From a virus, in IMG/VR virus record IMGVR_UViG_3300032307_000117, positions 1-64,000 of that record: a stretch of 64,000 bases of DNA. One strand, written 5' to 3'. Made by a program: the position numbers and the translations under genes. This document shows positions 20,879-32,600 of this stretch, one piece after another. The notes under the pieces are model-generated. The model worked only from the letters and a program-made list of their open reading frames with translations. It was not told the origin of the DNA and made no database searches. Position 1 is the stretch's first letter. The number at the start of each line of letters is the position of its first letter.

Positions 20879-21408
20879 GGTGCTTCCTCTATATCTACAT
20901 ATATTGTATCACTAAGTCGATCTTCTGAGGCCAATATCTGGACCTCTATTTGATACCCAGGATTTATGTTAATGACCTCTATATTTAGGTTTCCATTATT
21001 ATCTAAATAAACAATCTTGTTCTTATTTGGATTTGCTGGATCTTCTGGTTCATCTATCTGGATATTTGGTAGATAGTTTTCAAGCTTAATTGGAAAGTTA
21101 TTGAAAAAGGCAGAAGAATTCTGTGGTGAGAAAAGAATGTTCTGGGAGTTATACTGTAGGGCAATATCGTTTATGTTTTTAATAGGCTGGTTTATTACGT
21201 CCTGTCCATTAATAATATCATTGCGTGAAATACTGAGCAGTTCCTGTCCTCCGATGTCTTCAAAGAGTAGGTCTGCCATTATTTCTACTTCGATGCCCTC
21301 CTGGTCAAACAGGATTAGATCTGGAGTTGCTGGCTTTACTGGTTGTTCACGTGTCCTAGTTTTTAACTCTGGAATAATCGGAAATGGCATTATTCTAAAT
21401 TCACCCAT
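20875..21408 (-). CDS. minor tail protein
   Basis: Position in the tail-tip operon. Confidence 0.55.
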   Translation of the reverse strand: MGEFRIMPFPIIPELKTRTREQPVKPATPDLILFDQEGIEVEIMADLLFEDIGGQELLSISRNDIINGQDVINQPIKNINDIALQYNSQNILFSPQNSSAFFNNFPIKLENYLPNIQIDEPEDPANPNKNKIVYLDNNGNLNIEVININPGYQIEVQILASEDRLSDTIYVDIEEAP

Positions 21409-21411
21409 TTA

Positions 21412-24400
21412 CTAAACTACCTCACTTAAGTATGCCGTTATTTCTGGCCCTGATCCATTATTTGAATACTCTATATTGTATACCACAAACTTAGATTCTG
21501 GAGATAAAACCTGGTCTACGTTTGCATCCGACTTGTAATTAATATTTACAATATCTCCTAGCTGAAGTGTAGACGCACCAAATAGCCTAATTCCAACGGC
21601 CATCCTTGGCTTCATGATTTTTGATATTATCCATCCCATCAAATCGTTAGCGTCATCCTGGGTTTGAATGTATGGAGTGTCAAGCGTGAACTCTCTCTTG
21701 CCATATGTAATTCTGCTATTTTTTATGTCCTGGTATTCTTTCTTTTCTTTAATTGGAGAGATGACCAGGTTTGAGCCAACGGTTTGTGGATTTGAAAAAT
21801 CTCCACGCTTAGAGAAGTAGTCGTCTACTGTAAGCTCCTGTGGCGAAGACTGGGTAAAGGTAATGCCCTGAATTCTTAAGTAATTTCCAGTAGTCTCATC
21901 TAGGCTAATAGCAGTATCAGTAGAGTTAAAGATTAAGAACTCTGCACCATACGCACCAGGAATATAGCCAGATACTGTATATCCCTTTATGGAATTAAAA
22001 GTTGGTGAAATCTTTGAGTATAGAGCTGGATACGCCTTGTCATACTTTACGTTAAGGTATGAAGCTTCCCTCATAATAGTGCCAAACTCTTCAAAATACA
22101 TATTGTATCTTGGCGGTTCGAGTGGGCTAATGCCAGAAAGATATGTTGACTGAATCATTCCACTCATAGCGTATTTTCTAAATGCTTCGTTTAAGTCTAT
22201 CTCTGGATCTTGGAATGCAGAGTTAACTGGTGTATTTATAGATGCCCCAGTATTTTGACTATAGTTATTTGCAAGAGCATAAAGGTTTTCAAACATTACC
22301 CTGGATGATCCACGTACAAATAATCCCATGTTGTTGTAAACTGGTAGGGGATTTTCATCATCTACTGTGGCTACAAGCTTATTGTTGATGTATAGGAAGA
22401 ATCTTCTCTTTGTGCCTATGTTTTGATACTCTACTGCTAAATCGTAGACGGTTGGATTCTCTTCTCCAGTCATACGATACTGGCCAGTAAAAATTCCATT
22501 GTCTACAATTATCTTAGATAGTCCAGACCAAAGTTTAATCGGTAGGGCCTTATCGTCTCTCGTAAGCTCCCACTTGTAGTTTATCACTTCGTCAGTTTCT
22601 GGATCTGTGTAGCTTCCACCAATATTAGTAACAAGGTAGTAGCCATTTTGCTCTGTATTTGGAGCCTGATCCTCAACTAAAACCCTGTCTCCTATTTGTG
22701 CAGTATTTCCATTTATTATGAGCTCTTGTCCTGGAACCTTGCTTGTTAGGGTATTTACTTCATAAATTCCATCGATAGCAAATCCGCCAGTGTCATAGGT
22801 AAACGAAACATTTTCTTTTACTTTATAAAACACAATATTAAATATATCTGAAGTAGAAGAGTATGACTCTACGTTGTTTTCTGTTAGGGCAGCAATTTCA
22901 AAGTAGTAGCCAACATTTGTTTCTGGATTAACCATGACAGCTAGCCCGCCAGAAGCACCGCTAATATTTATATTTTGGTCTGGTGTATTATTTGCAGATG
23001 ATGTCTGACCATTATTGTTCTGGCTTTCTAGTGATTCCGATATACCGCCAGTTGCTGTGTAGTATGTTGTACTTCCAATAGGTGTCTGGCCACGCACCCT
23101 GCTGTTTTCAATTTTACCAATAATGCGCATTCTTGTTCCAAAATGCCTAAATGATTTATTTAACGGCTTAAAAACATAAGAGATAAAGTCGACTGGCTTT
23201 TCAGTTGTTGCAAAGGTTGGACCATTCATTACCAAGGCTGATGACTGAACTGTTCCACTTTGAGTAGAGTAAAGACTTGCTACATCTGACTCTTTAGAGA
23301 AGGAGTTGCTAAAGAAGTTTTTTATGATTCCGTTTCTTGTTGTCTTTTCTGCAAGAGTGTTGTTGACTCCAGCGTGACCAATATCGGATTCAAGCGCATC
23401 TGTGCCAGAGACTAGGTAGTTAAAGTCCATAGTGCAGCCACGAATATTTTGATTGCTTGACCAGTAGTTATCTAGTCCAGCTTTGTGAGCTACTAGGTCG
23501 GTGCCAAACTGTTTTCTACCGTGCTTTGCAACAGGTCCATTTTGCAACCTAGTAATTCCGTTTATTATCTCATAGTTTGGCTCTGAGTAAATTCTTACCA
23601 GTCCTGTTGGGTATATCTTTCCGTTAAACGGAATCTTTGAAAAGTAGTTCTGGTATTCTTGAGTGCTAGAAATCCAGACGTTATTCTCTAACTGATTTGT
23701 TTCTGGATTAAATATTCCAGCTCCTGGTACGCTATATTGCACAGCATCATACCTTATAATTTCTCCATTAGCATAGAAGTAGCCGTTATAGCGTGTTATC
23801 CAATACACACCTTCTCCCAGATCCATAACGTTGTTGACCACTCTGTGATTTACAACCTGTGGCAAATCTGCAGCAAGATCTGAGTTAAGTGGTATTGCAG
23901 CTAAAACGTATGATGACTGATTGCTTGCCTCCTCATTGATTGATTTGGTGGCTTCTGTTCCGCTAATTTCCCAGAGTAGCGCTGGCTTATAAATCCAGGT
24001 TTTGTCTCTGTCAATCATGCTTGCTTGTTTTATTGAACTATATGACCTTTGAATGTATCTGGATGTATAGGTTATCTTTCCATCATTGTATACCAAATTT
24101 GGCTGGAATGAAATATCTTCAATGTTGGCAAGAGATGTGTTAGTTGCTTTATTCTTATATGCGCCCTCAGATATGCTGTCTTTAGATCCATATAGCGTCA
24201 TATCGATTTCACGCTGGCCCTCGGATGGCAGAATGTATTCTTTGCTCATCATAACAAAATTGTTGTATTCGTCAAAGAACATGGCTGTCTGTGTTGATAC
24301 CGCAATATTTTCTAATGCCTGTGCTATAGAGGTGTCTGGGCCAACGAAAAAGTATGGGATTACGACCTCTGTGTCTTCTTCGTTTCTTTTAAATACATAA

Positions 24401-26049
24401 TTTGAAAATCCAATAGAATCTAGCAATAGAGCAACGGCATAGCTAACAGACGCATTTTGAATTAGTATTTCTGGAGCAGTTATTGATTCAAAATAGAATA
24501 GAAGATCCCTAAGCTCTAGGTCAACTTGCCTATCTAGTGAATTAGTTTCTGGAAATCCATCTGCGTATAAAACCTTTATAGGAATAAAAAAGTCTTCTGT
24601 TTTGCCTGGCGAAACCTCCACGTCTTTAACTACTTCAAATAGTTTGATTTGTAGGTTTTGGCCAGAATATTTAGAGATAATACTGTTAGTATTATTTTTA
24701 TTAAATGCCTGGTCATAGTCAAAGATACTCAACCTTCCAGTAGCTGCCAATAATTGTCCGACTGGCATTCCGCTTAGACCTAGGTCTGATGCTGGCTTGG
24801 TAGCAGAAAACGATATAGTCCTATCTGATAGATCGGCAGTTAGTCTCGGAGACATTTCTATTAGGTCTAGGGTAGAGTCGTACACATTCATGGTGTCTAC
24901 TACAATTCTGATGCCCTGAATATATTCGAACTCTCTATATTTCTTTTCTGTGCTTGTGCCAGTAATATATTCTGGTGGCGATACAAACTGTTTGACTGTG
25001 GCAGTCCTACTGTCAATTTCATCTTGTGATAAATACCAGCCATAGCTTGGTACGAATGTCTCGTATTCAGACCCCATCCAAACATGATAGGTTCCTAAGC
25101 TAGAAGCTGTAGCTCCAACCAGATAGGCGTCTCCAACTGAAGATGTCTGTGGCAGCAAAATTTCTGAAGCAACTTCACCAGCATATCTTAATATGGTTTT
25201 GTATTTATCTGGAATGTTTAATCCATAGGATATTTCCACATAGCCATCAATGCCAACTATTGGCTGACCGTTTATTCTAGACGAGTTCTCGTCAAAGGAA
25301 ATTGCGTCTGTCCAAATATTATTATTAAGATACTGAATCTTCCATCTTTTTGGAGTTCTCTGATTGTTAAATCCAAAAAATGGGTCCTCAAAAGATTGGA
25401 AAGAATTGCCAAATGGGCCGAGATCAACTGAACCAACGCCAGTCTGCATTTTTACAACAATTCTGTTTACTGGGATTTGCTCTTTATAGACTATATATGG
25501 TGCGGCATCGCTAATGTAAAACTGATTATTTACTTTCTTATTGGCAATTCCAAACTCCTGGCCACCCTCAGTTCTGTATGAAGTCCAGTATTTAAACTTA
25601 TCATCTTTGCTAGCCATATAAAATCTTGGTCTTTTTACAAGATCTATGTTTGAGTGGTGAGAAAACTGTGTGTCAAAGTAACGCAGCTTATTGATTCCAG
25701 ATCTTGGCCTAAACCTATTGAAGCAATCTTCTAATGAATAAAGAAGCTTTTCTTTTTCTTTTGGAGATATGAATGGGGCTGGAGGTACATTGTCGTTACC
25801 CATACCGCCGTCAATAACAATGTCTGCATCTGTAGCGCCAGTATAAAAATTACCCTCGTCATTTTCATCAAAGTTATTAGGGATTGTTCGATAAACTGAT
25901 GACACTGGGTCTGTTGGCCTATAGCGATAGTTTCCCAACCTAAAAATATTTTCTGCAATATTCAGGTTCCATTCTGCTATGACTGCAGACTCTACCTTTA
26001 TTGTTGAAGATGTTTCTAGGTGATTTTGTAAGTTGACATCTTTAAACAT
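21412..26049 (-). CDS. large tail-tip/hub (Tal-like) protein
   Basis: 1545 aa, two genes after the TMP; C-terminal LQLGDIVNI hub-like motif. Confidence 0.7.
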   Translation of the reverse strand: MFKDVNLQNHLETSSTIKVESAVIAEWNLNIAENIFRLGNYRYRPTDPVSSVYRTIPNNFDENDEGNFYTGATDADIVIDGGMGNDNVPPAPFISPKEKEKLLYSLEDCFNRFRPRSGINKLRYFDTQFSHHSNIDLVKRPRFYMASKDDKFKYWTSYRTEGGQEFGIANKKVNNQFYISDAAPYIVYKEQIPVNRIVVKMQTGVGSVDLGPFGNSFQSFEDPFFGFNNQRTPKRWKIQYLNNNIWTDAISFDENSSRINGQPIVGIDGYVEISYGLNIPDKYKTILRYAGEVASEILLPQTSSVGDAYLVGATASSLGTYHVWMGSEYETFVPSYGWYLSQDEIDSRTATVKQFVSPPEYITGTSTEKKYREFEYIQGIRIVVDTMNVYDSTLDLIEMSPRLTADLSDRTISFSATKPASDLGLSGMPVGQLLAATGRLSIFDYDQAFNKNNTNSIISKYSGQNLQIKLFEVVKDVEVSPGKTEDFFIPIKVLYADGFPETNSLDRQVDLELRDLLFYFESITAPEILIQNASVSYAVALLLDSIGFSNYVFKRNEEDTEVVIPYFFVGPDTSIAQALENIAVSTQTAMFFDEYNNFVMMSKEYILPSEGQREIDMTLYGSKDSISEGAYKNKATNTSLANIEDISFQPNLVYNDGKITYTSRYIQRSYSSIKQASMIDRDKTWIYKPALLWEISGTEATKSINEEASNQSSYVLAAIPLNSDLAADLPQVVNHRVVNNVMDLGEGVYWITRYNGYFYANGEIIRYDAVQYSVPGAGIFNPETNQLENNVWISSTQEYQNYFSKIPFNGKIYPTGLVRIYSEPNYEIINGITRLQNGPVAKHGRKQFGTDLVAHKAGLDNYWSSNQNIRGCTMDFNYLVSGTDALESDIGHAGVNNTLAEKTTRNGIIKNFFSNSFSKESDVASLYSTQSGTVQSSALVMNGPTFATTEKPVDFISYVFKPLNKSFRHFGTRMRIIGKIENSRVRGQTPIGSTTYYTATGGISESLESQNNNGQTSSANNTPDQNINISGASGGLAVMVNPETNVGYYFEIAALTENNVESYSSTSDIFNIVFYKVKENVSFTYDTGGFAIDGIYEVNTLTSKVPGQELIINGNTAQIGDRVLVEDQAPNTEQNGYYLVTNIGGSYTDPETDEVINYKWELTRDDKALPIKLWSGLSKIIVDNGIFTGQYRMTGEENPTVYDLAVEYQNIGTKRRFFLYINNKLVATVDDENPLPVYNNMGLFVRGSSRVMFENLYALANNYSQNTGASINTPVNSAFQDPEIDLNEAFRKYAMSGMIQSTYLSGISPLEPPRYNMYFEEFGTIMREASYLNVKYDKAYPALYSKISPTFNSIKGYTVSGYIPGAYGAEFLIFNSTDTAISLDETTGNYLRIQGITFTQSSPQELTVDDYFSKRGDFSNPQTVGSNLVISPIKEKKEYQDIKNSRITYGKREFTLDTPYIQTQDDANDLMGWIISKIMKPRMAVGIRLFGASTLQLGDIVNINYKSDANVDQVLSPESKFVVYNIEYSNNGSGPEITAYLSEVV

Positions 26050-26687
26050 TATACCTCTTCCAGGCTAAGAGATATGTTCCAAAAGTCATAGTTGCTGCCA
26101 CCACGCTTAACAACCCCGTAAGAAAAGTCTGAAAAGAATACTTCGACAACTTCATTGTATTTCTGCAGGTTTGTGTATGAACCAGCATCTCTACCAAAAT
26201 TTGTGTGCTTGTCGTATGCAAGGTATACCCAGAAAGATCCACTGTGTTTTTCGTACCAGTCTAGAATCTCTACTCCACCAGCACCACCATCTGAAGTAAA
26301 TTCCTGAGTGTTGTTCTTGTAGTATTGAGATCTTCCCTCTTCATCAAATCCAGGATATGATGTGTACGATCTTGATGGCAACATATCCCAAGAAGCAGAA
26401 ATCTCTAGCTTGTCAGCAATATGATAGGACCTCATCCTACCATTTACCATTCGTTTCCTGTTTTCAATTCTGTTTACGTTAAAGCCAAGCTCTGCCCTAT
26501 TGTCGTCTGAAAGGATTAAGAATTGATCTAGATCTGATGCAGATGCACCCTCTGTTGTTTCTTGGTTAACCTCAAGACCGTTTGGCACATAGAAACCATC
26601 AATAATCGTTCCTGGATTGTCTGCAAATAGCAAGGCCTGTGGACGCTGATATCTTTTTCTACCAGACATGTATTCAAGGGTGGACAT
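26049..26687 (-). CDS. distal tail (Dit-like) protein
   Basis: Immediately follows the TMP; ends WNISLSLEEV. Confidence 0.65.
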   Translation of the reverse strand: MSTLEYMSGRKRYQRPQALLFADNPGTIIDGFYVPNGLEVNQETTEGASASDLDQFLILSDDNRAELGFNVNRIENRKRMVNGRMRSYHIADKLEISASWDMLPSRSYTSYPGFDEEGRSQYYKNNTQEFTSDGGAGGVEILDWYEKHSGSFWVYLAYDKHTNFGRDAGSYTNLQKYNEVVEVFFSDFSYGVVKRGGSNYDFWNISLSLEEV

Positions 26688-29600
26688 TAGAACCTATTAC
26701 CCCTGATTCTCTGAGAGTCAATTCTCTTAATCTGTGTCATTACATTCCTTGCAATTTGGTCTGCGTTAGCATCTGTTTGTACGTTTACGTTGATACTATA
26801 ATTATACACTGATTCGCCAGAATATGTTCCGTTATTTATTGCCTTCATATTATCTAGGCCAAAGTTCTCAACAGCATACTTTCTCATTACAAATTCGCCA
26901 GGTGTTAGCATTGCTGGGACAATGTCGGTTCCGCCCTTGGCAAACTTTACGTTGGCTAGGCCTCCACCCGCAAACATCTTGGCAACATAGCCACCCTGGT
27001 TAAACTTAGCTGCATTAACCTTGCCAACATTAGAAATCTTATTCCACTTCTTGCCATCCCACTTCCAGGTTGCATTTGGACCAACCCAAACCTCACCCTT
27101 CTTTTTCCCATCGTGATCTGGGCCTGGCCTTGTACCCTTAAATTCGGCATTTGGCTGGCCTGCAACTGGAGCCTGAGCCCCAGTGCCCTGACTTACCAGA
27201 GGAACGTCAACCTGCGTTTCTCCTGGAGTAGCATTTTTCCATGCAGTCTTTAAGCTTTCTACCATTGCGATTGCATTAGAAATTGATTCAGTATAGCGAG
27301 TACTTCCAATTCTAGAGTTCTCTATTTCGGATTCGATTTGTTGCCAAGCTAGTCTAGTCTTATCCAAAACAGTTACGGAATCTATAAGGGCTTGTTTCTC
27401 GATGTCTGCTAATCTAATTCTTTCTTGTGCTGGCTCCAGCCTCTTTTCCTCTATAGCAAAGATTTCATCTTGCAACTTTTTAATCTCATCTTCTAGCTGC
27501 TTTCTAGTTTTGCCATTAGAAGATACTAGGGTCGCTAGCTCTTTCTCCTTTGAAAGCTCTAGGGCCTTTTGCTGAGCGTCTATGCTTGTTTGAGCCTGAG
27601 TAGCACGAAGATCTTGGGCTGCCTTTGCAGCTGCAGCAATATCTCCTCTAGATAGTGCATCTGCTACGGTAAGCTGAGCTTTTTGCTGAGCTACTAGGTC
27701 TGAGTTTATTTCTTTTATCTCACTCAGGGCCTTGCTACGGTCAGCGTACTTCTTGTTAACCACATCTTCCTGGTCTGCAATTTCCTTTATTCCAGCCTGA
27801 AGGTCATCAATTGTAAACGATATCTTATCGATATCATTCTGTGCAGCATCAATAATCTTTAGATCTGGCTGAGTCTTTACTTCAAAGTCTAGCTCTATCT
27901 TTCTTTCTTTTACTGAGATTGCATTCATTGCAGCATTAAAGCCTTCGTCAAACAGACCCTGTAAGAACTCTGGATTAAGGATTTGCTTTACTCTAGCCTG
28001 AAGAAGCTTTTGATTTTTACCGCTCAGGAATAGCTCTGTGAGTGCTGAGTCGCTAAGAATTGCCTGTCTTTCTGCAAAGCTGTAAGAGCTCTTTTCAAGA
28101 GCGTTAGCAGCCTTAGCCAAGTTGTTTGCATCTTGTGCGGCTATCTGAACTGAGGCTACATTTTGGAATTCTTTTGTTGCAGCAGTTGCAGCCTTAGTAT
28201 CTGCAATTAGCTTAGTAAGTGCAGATTCACTTATCTGCTTTCCAGCAAGCGCAGCTGCTACTCCAGCATTTTCAACAGCGTTGTAGGCCTCTTCTAGAGA
28301 TAATCCTGCAGCTACTAGCCTGTTTACTGCAACAGTCTGGTCTTTTGTCTCTTGAATGGTTCTAGCCTGATTTAGCCCAAATTCACCAACTGCAATTCTA
28401 GCATAAGCGGCCTCTCTTCTCTTACCAGCCTTAGTAAGAATTGCTGTTCCATCTTTTCCTATTTGAACAAATTTCTTTCTAGCATCTTTGCCCATGCCCA
28501 TAAGCTCATCAGCAAATGCTTCTGAAATGCCAGCTTTTGCAAGTTTTTGTCCAAGTCCGTCGAACACGTTTAGCTTAGTTCCATCGATTACACGCTTTAG
28601 CTCTTTTAGTCCACCGTTTGCATTAATTGATGCATTAGTTAGGTTCTTTAGCTTTTTAAGTGTGTCATCAATCCAGGTTGTCTTTTTAGCTCCTGCACCA
28701 GTAGTTGTTGTCTCTCCCTCAGTGTTGGTTCCAGTACCACCATCAGTTTCAGATGGTTGACCAAGGAATGCAGCCATCCGCTGTTCTGCAGTAATTCTAG
28801 ACATTGCAGTTTCGCTTCTGATGTTTTTACCTGGGCCAACCGTGTAGTACCAAGCGTCAACGGCTGTCTGGTTGTATTTTCCAATTGCAAAGTCAACAAT
28901 TAACTCTGCATTCATTGTTTTCTTTCCACCAGACAAGACATCCCAATTTGCAAGAACTGATTCCAGGATTCCCTTTGATGGACCAGCTGGCATCGTAGAT
29001 ATGAAGTTTGTCAAGACTGTCTGAGTTACTTCCTTTGGAAGACCCTTTGTGTCCTTTACTAGATTTCCGATAACTTCAGTGTTTTCGGCAGTTATTTCAA
29101 CGCCTATACCATATTCACTCTGCATGCTGTTTAGTTCAGCAAGTGCCTTTAGGTTATAGTCTATGTCTGCTTTATCTTTAGTAACAAGGCTAAAGACGGC
29201 CTCGTACTCTTTACCTTCAACCCCTGCGGCATTTAGTAATTGAATTACCTGGTTTGAATCTGCAGTTCCAACTGCTTTTACCATTAGATTAAACTTAGAG
29301 CTGATATTGCCGTTAGATTCTTTATTAGCATTAATGAGGTTTGAAATAGTGACTGGATCAAATTCGCCGCTTGCCAAACCTATCTGAAGCGTTGTCTTAA
29401 AGTCTCCCTGCTCCAACCCAGCCAGCGAACTCTTCGCTAGATCAGCAGCTGCCTTCATGGCTCCAGTTGCATTTGCAAATCTTGAATCAATCGCCAAGTT
29501 TATTGAGTCTGTGAAGCCAGATCCCATTATTCTTGCTTGCTCTACTAGAGAATCAAATACCGCTGCATTTGCTGCTTTTTGTTTTGCCAGCCCAGCATTT

Positions 29601-32600
29601 CTTTCAGCAATCTTATCGCTAATCTGCTTCTCTATGGCAAGTCTTTCTTTTCTAGTTGTTGCAGCTTCTTTTTCTGCCTCAAGCTGGGATATCTGACCGT
29701 CGTACTGTCTTTCTAGAGAATCTAGCAATCCCTGGTTTTGTGCAATTTGTTCTGCACCAAGCTGTACGGCTACGCCACGAGCCTTGTTGTTTTCTTCCTG
29801 ATCTCCGAGTGCCTCTACTCCTAGGGTTGCACCAGCTGCAGCAACACCTCCAGAAATAAGTCCGATACCAAGAAGACCACCAATACCAGTTGCAGTTAGG
29901 GCTGCCCCAACGGCTGTCATAATTCCAGCACCGATTAGGTTGCCTACAGAACCACCAGATACCTCGGCATTCTTTTTCATTAATTCTATTGAGTTGTCAA
30001 AAGCCTTGTTTTGCTGTGCAAGAGAATCTTTTTGGATTGCCAAAGAAATTTCTATTGGATCTCCATTAAGAAGGTTCTCTCCGTTTGGACCAAAAAGCTG
30101 TGTTAACTTTCCACCGATGTTTGCGCTTATAGAATAGTCTCCGAGTTTTTCTGAAAGCCCAAACGCAATACTTCTAGCCTGTTGGTCAGTTATTGCACCC
30201 TGCATTATTGCATAAGAAAGTTGGCTAGCAATGCTTGAGGCAACTTCTGCACTGCTCATTCCAGATGTTGTCATTGCCTCTGCATCGGAAAGCAGCTTCT
30301 TTCCAGCCTGAGATTCTAAGAAGTTTTGTCCGAACTCTCTCTTCTTTGCACCTTGACCACTTAGCTGTTTTTCTCTTTGTCTTTCGGCAATTTGACTTGC
30401 TGTTACTTTTCCAGTAATCTCAGACATTTCGTTAAGCTTTTCGCTTGTCATTGCCATAGACTTACCAGCCTCTAGCCCAGCCTTAGTGGCATCTGATAGC
30501 TTAGTGGTTAGATAAATAATTCCTGCAGCTAAAGCCCCAACTGCAACTAGTGCCAAACCTATTTTATTTGCAATCATAGGAAGCATCATTAATGGTAGCG
30601 AGGCCATTCCAGCTAAGTCTGACGCTGGGCCTCCAGTCATGCTGTACATCATAGCAGCGGTACCAGCAAGCATGCCAACTCCGCCTACACGACCAGCCAT
30701 AGATCTCTTTCCTGCTGTGGCTGGTTCTGTTGGATCAAGATCGGCTGGGGCCGTTCCAGTTCCTGGAGCTCTAACTCCAGTAGCTGCTGCAATTGCTCTT
30801 CTAGCTGCATCGCCAAAGCCCTGCTTTAGATTGCCAGCAAGACCTCTTGATGACTTTTGGGTAAGCTCAACCTGAACTGGCTCAGCTGTATTTGGTAGCG
30901 TACCTCCAGGTGCCGTCTTTCCTTTTACGTATCCAGGTACGTTATCGGCAATCATAGAATTAATTAGTGGTGCATACTTCTTTGACATTTGAGCTGGTAT
31001 TACAGCTTCTCCTGGAGAAAGCATTGCTGGAACGATGTCCCCAGCACCCTTTGGGCCTGGAACAGACACTACGCCCTTATTAAAGGCAAAGCCTCTTCTT
31101 CTAAAGAATGCCTTAAAGAAATTAGTATTTGGAGACTTAGCATATTCAAGGTTTTCTTTAGATCCTGGGAACTGCTTAGCCAGTGGCCTCATTGGTATCC
31201 CAATTGGCTTTCTTTCCAGCCCCTTGCTCTTAAAGCCAGGAAGGTCTTTGTTTCTTATTTCGGCTGGTGAAGTTTGTGATCTTTTAAAGATGTACTGTAA
31301 ATCTTTAGTTCCTGCTGGCAAACGCTTTTTGGCTAAGTCATAAATTCTTTCCATACTTATGGCTTTGACACCTTTACTTTCTAAGTATCTGGCTGATGCT
31401 TCAGAATCTACTACCTTTGTTCCTTGCGGAAGATCGTCTAAAATTTTAGTGATGGTGTCATCAAACATCTTCGTCTGAGGAGCTAAAGCAGCTGGGTCTC
31501 CTCCGCCAAAAATAATAGAGCGATCCCATTTAGAAATGCCAGATCTTCTGAATTCTCTAAGTAATGCATCCTTGTCTGCTCCCTTTGCATACTTAATTGA
31601 CCCATCTGAATTTTGCCCTTCTGCCATTTGAGCATTTAGTCTTACTAGCTTTCCATCTGGCCCTATTTCTTTGTTTTCTATGTCAAAACCAAAGCCACTC
31701 TTTAGGTCTAACATTGTAGCATTTGGATCGGCAACTGTTTGCAAAGCTCTTTTTTGACTAGGAGAAAGCTTAAGTATTCCCTGATCAGATAGCCTTAATG
31801 CTTCTGCAGCAGATATTTTTGTTCCAGATCCGATATGAGCAAATTCTTTTTTAATTGAAAAAGCTTGTATGCCCATAGCTTCTCTGAAAGATTTCTTTAA
31901 GACTCCTGATCCTAGCTTAGTTCCACTCTGGTTTGCAGTTAAAATTAATGAGTCTATGGCTCTAAGAGTTTTTTGAGCACCTAGCTGTGTTTTTGATTCA
32001 TTTGCAGCATCGCTCATTATAGATGCAGCATCTTGGCTACCGATATTTGCCTGTGCTAATTTTGCAAGAATTTGTCTACCAATGTCAGCAGATCCTGCAG
32101 CATCAAACATGGCTAAGCTTGTTGGGACAGTTCTATAGCTTCTGCCACCACTATAGGTGTATCCTAGAAGCTCAGAATATTTCTTTTGCTGGGAGCCAGT
32201 TAGGTTAAGATCACGGAATACCGCTCTATCTTGGTCAGTAAGGGCTAGTGCTGCACCTATCGTTCCACTCATCAATCCCTGGAAAAGTCCAGACTGAGAA
32301 CCGCCTGGTACAGAGGCGATGCCCTTGCTATATCCTGGAACCCCAAGCTTTTTAAATAGCCTTGCTATAAAGCCAGGCCCTGTAACACGGATTGAGCCAA
32401 GACCTGCAGATTTTAATTCTGACTTGATCTGCTTTGCCATTGCTGGATTGCTAGCAATTACCTTTTCAATTTCGGCAAATCCAAATCCACCAGGAGTATA
32501 TGTTTCTACGTATGGAGATCTTGGATTAGTGGTGTACTGGTTCTTAGTTCCTGGAGTTAGGTTGCTGCCAAAGGGCATTCCCAGTCTTTCAAAAGAACTT

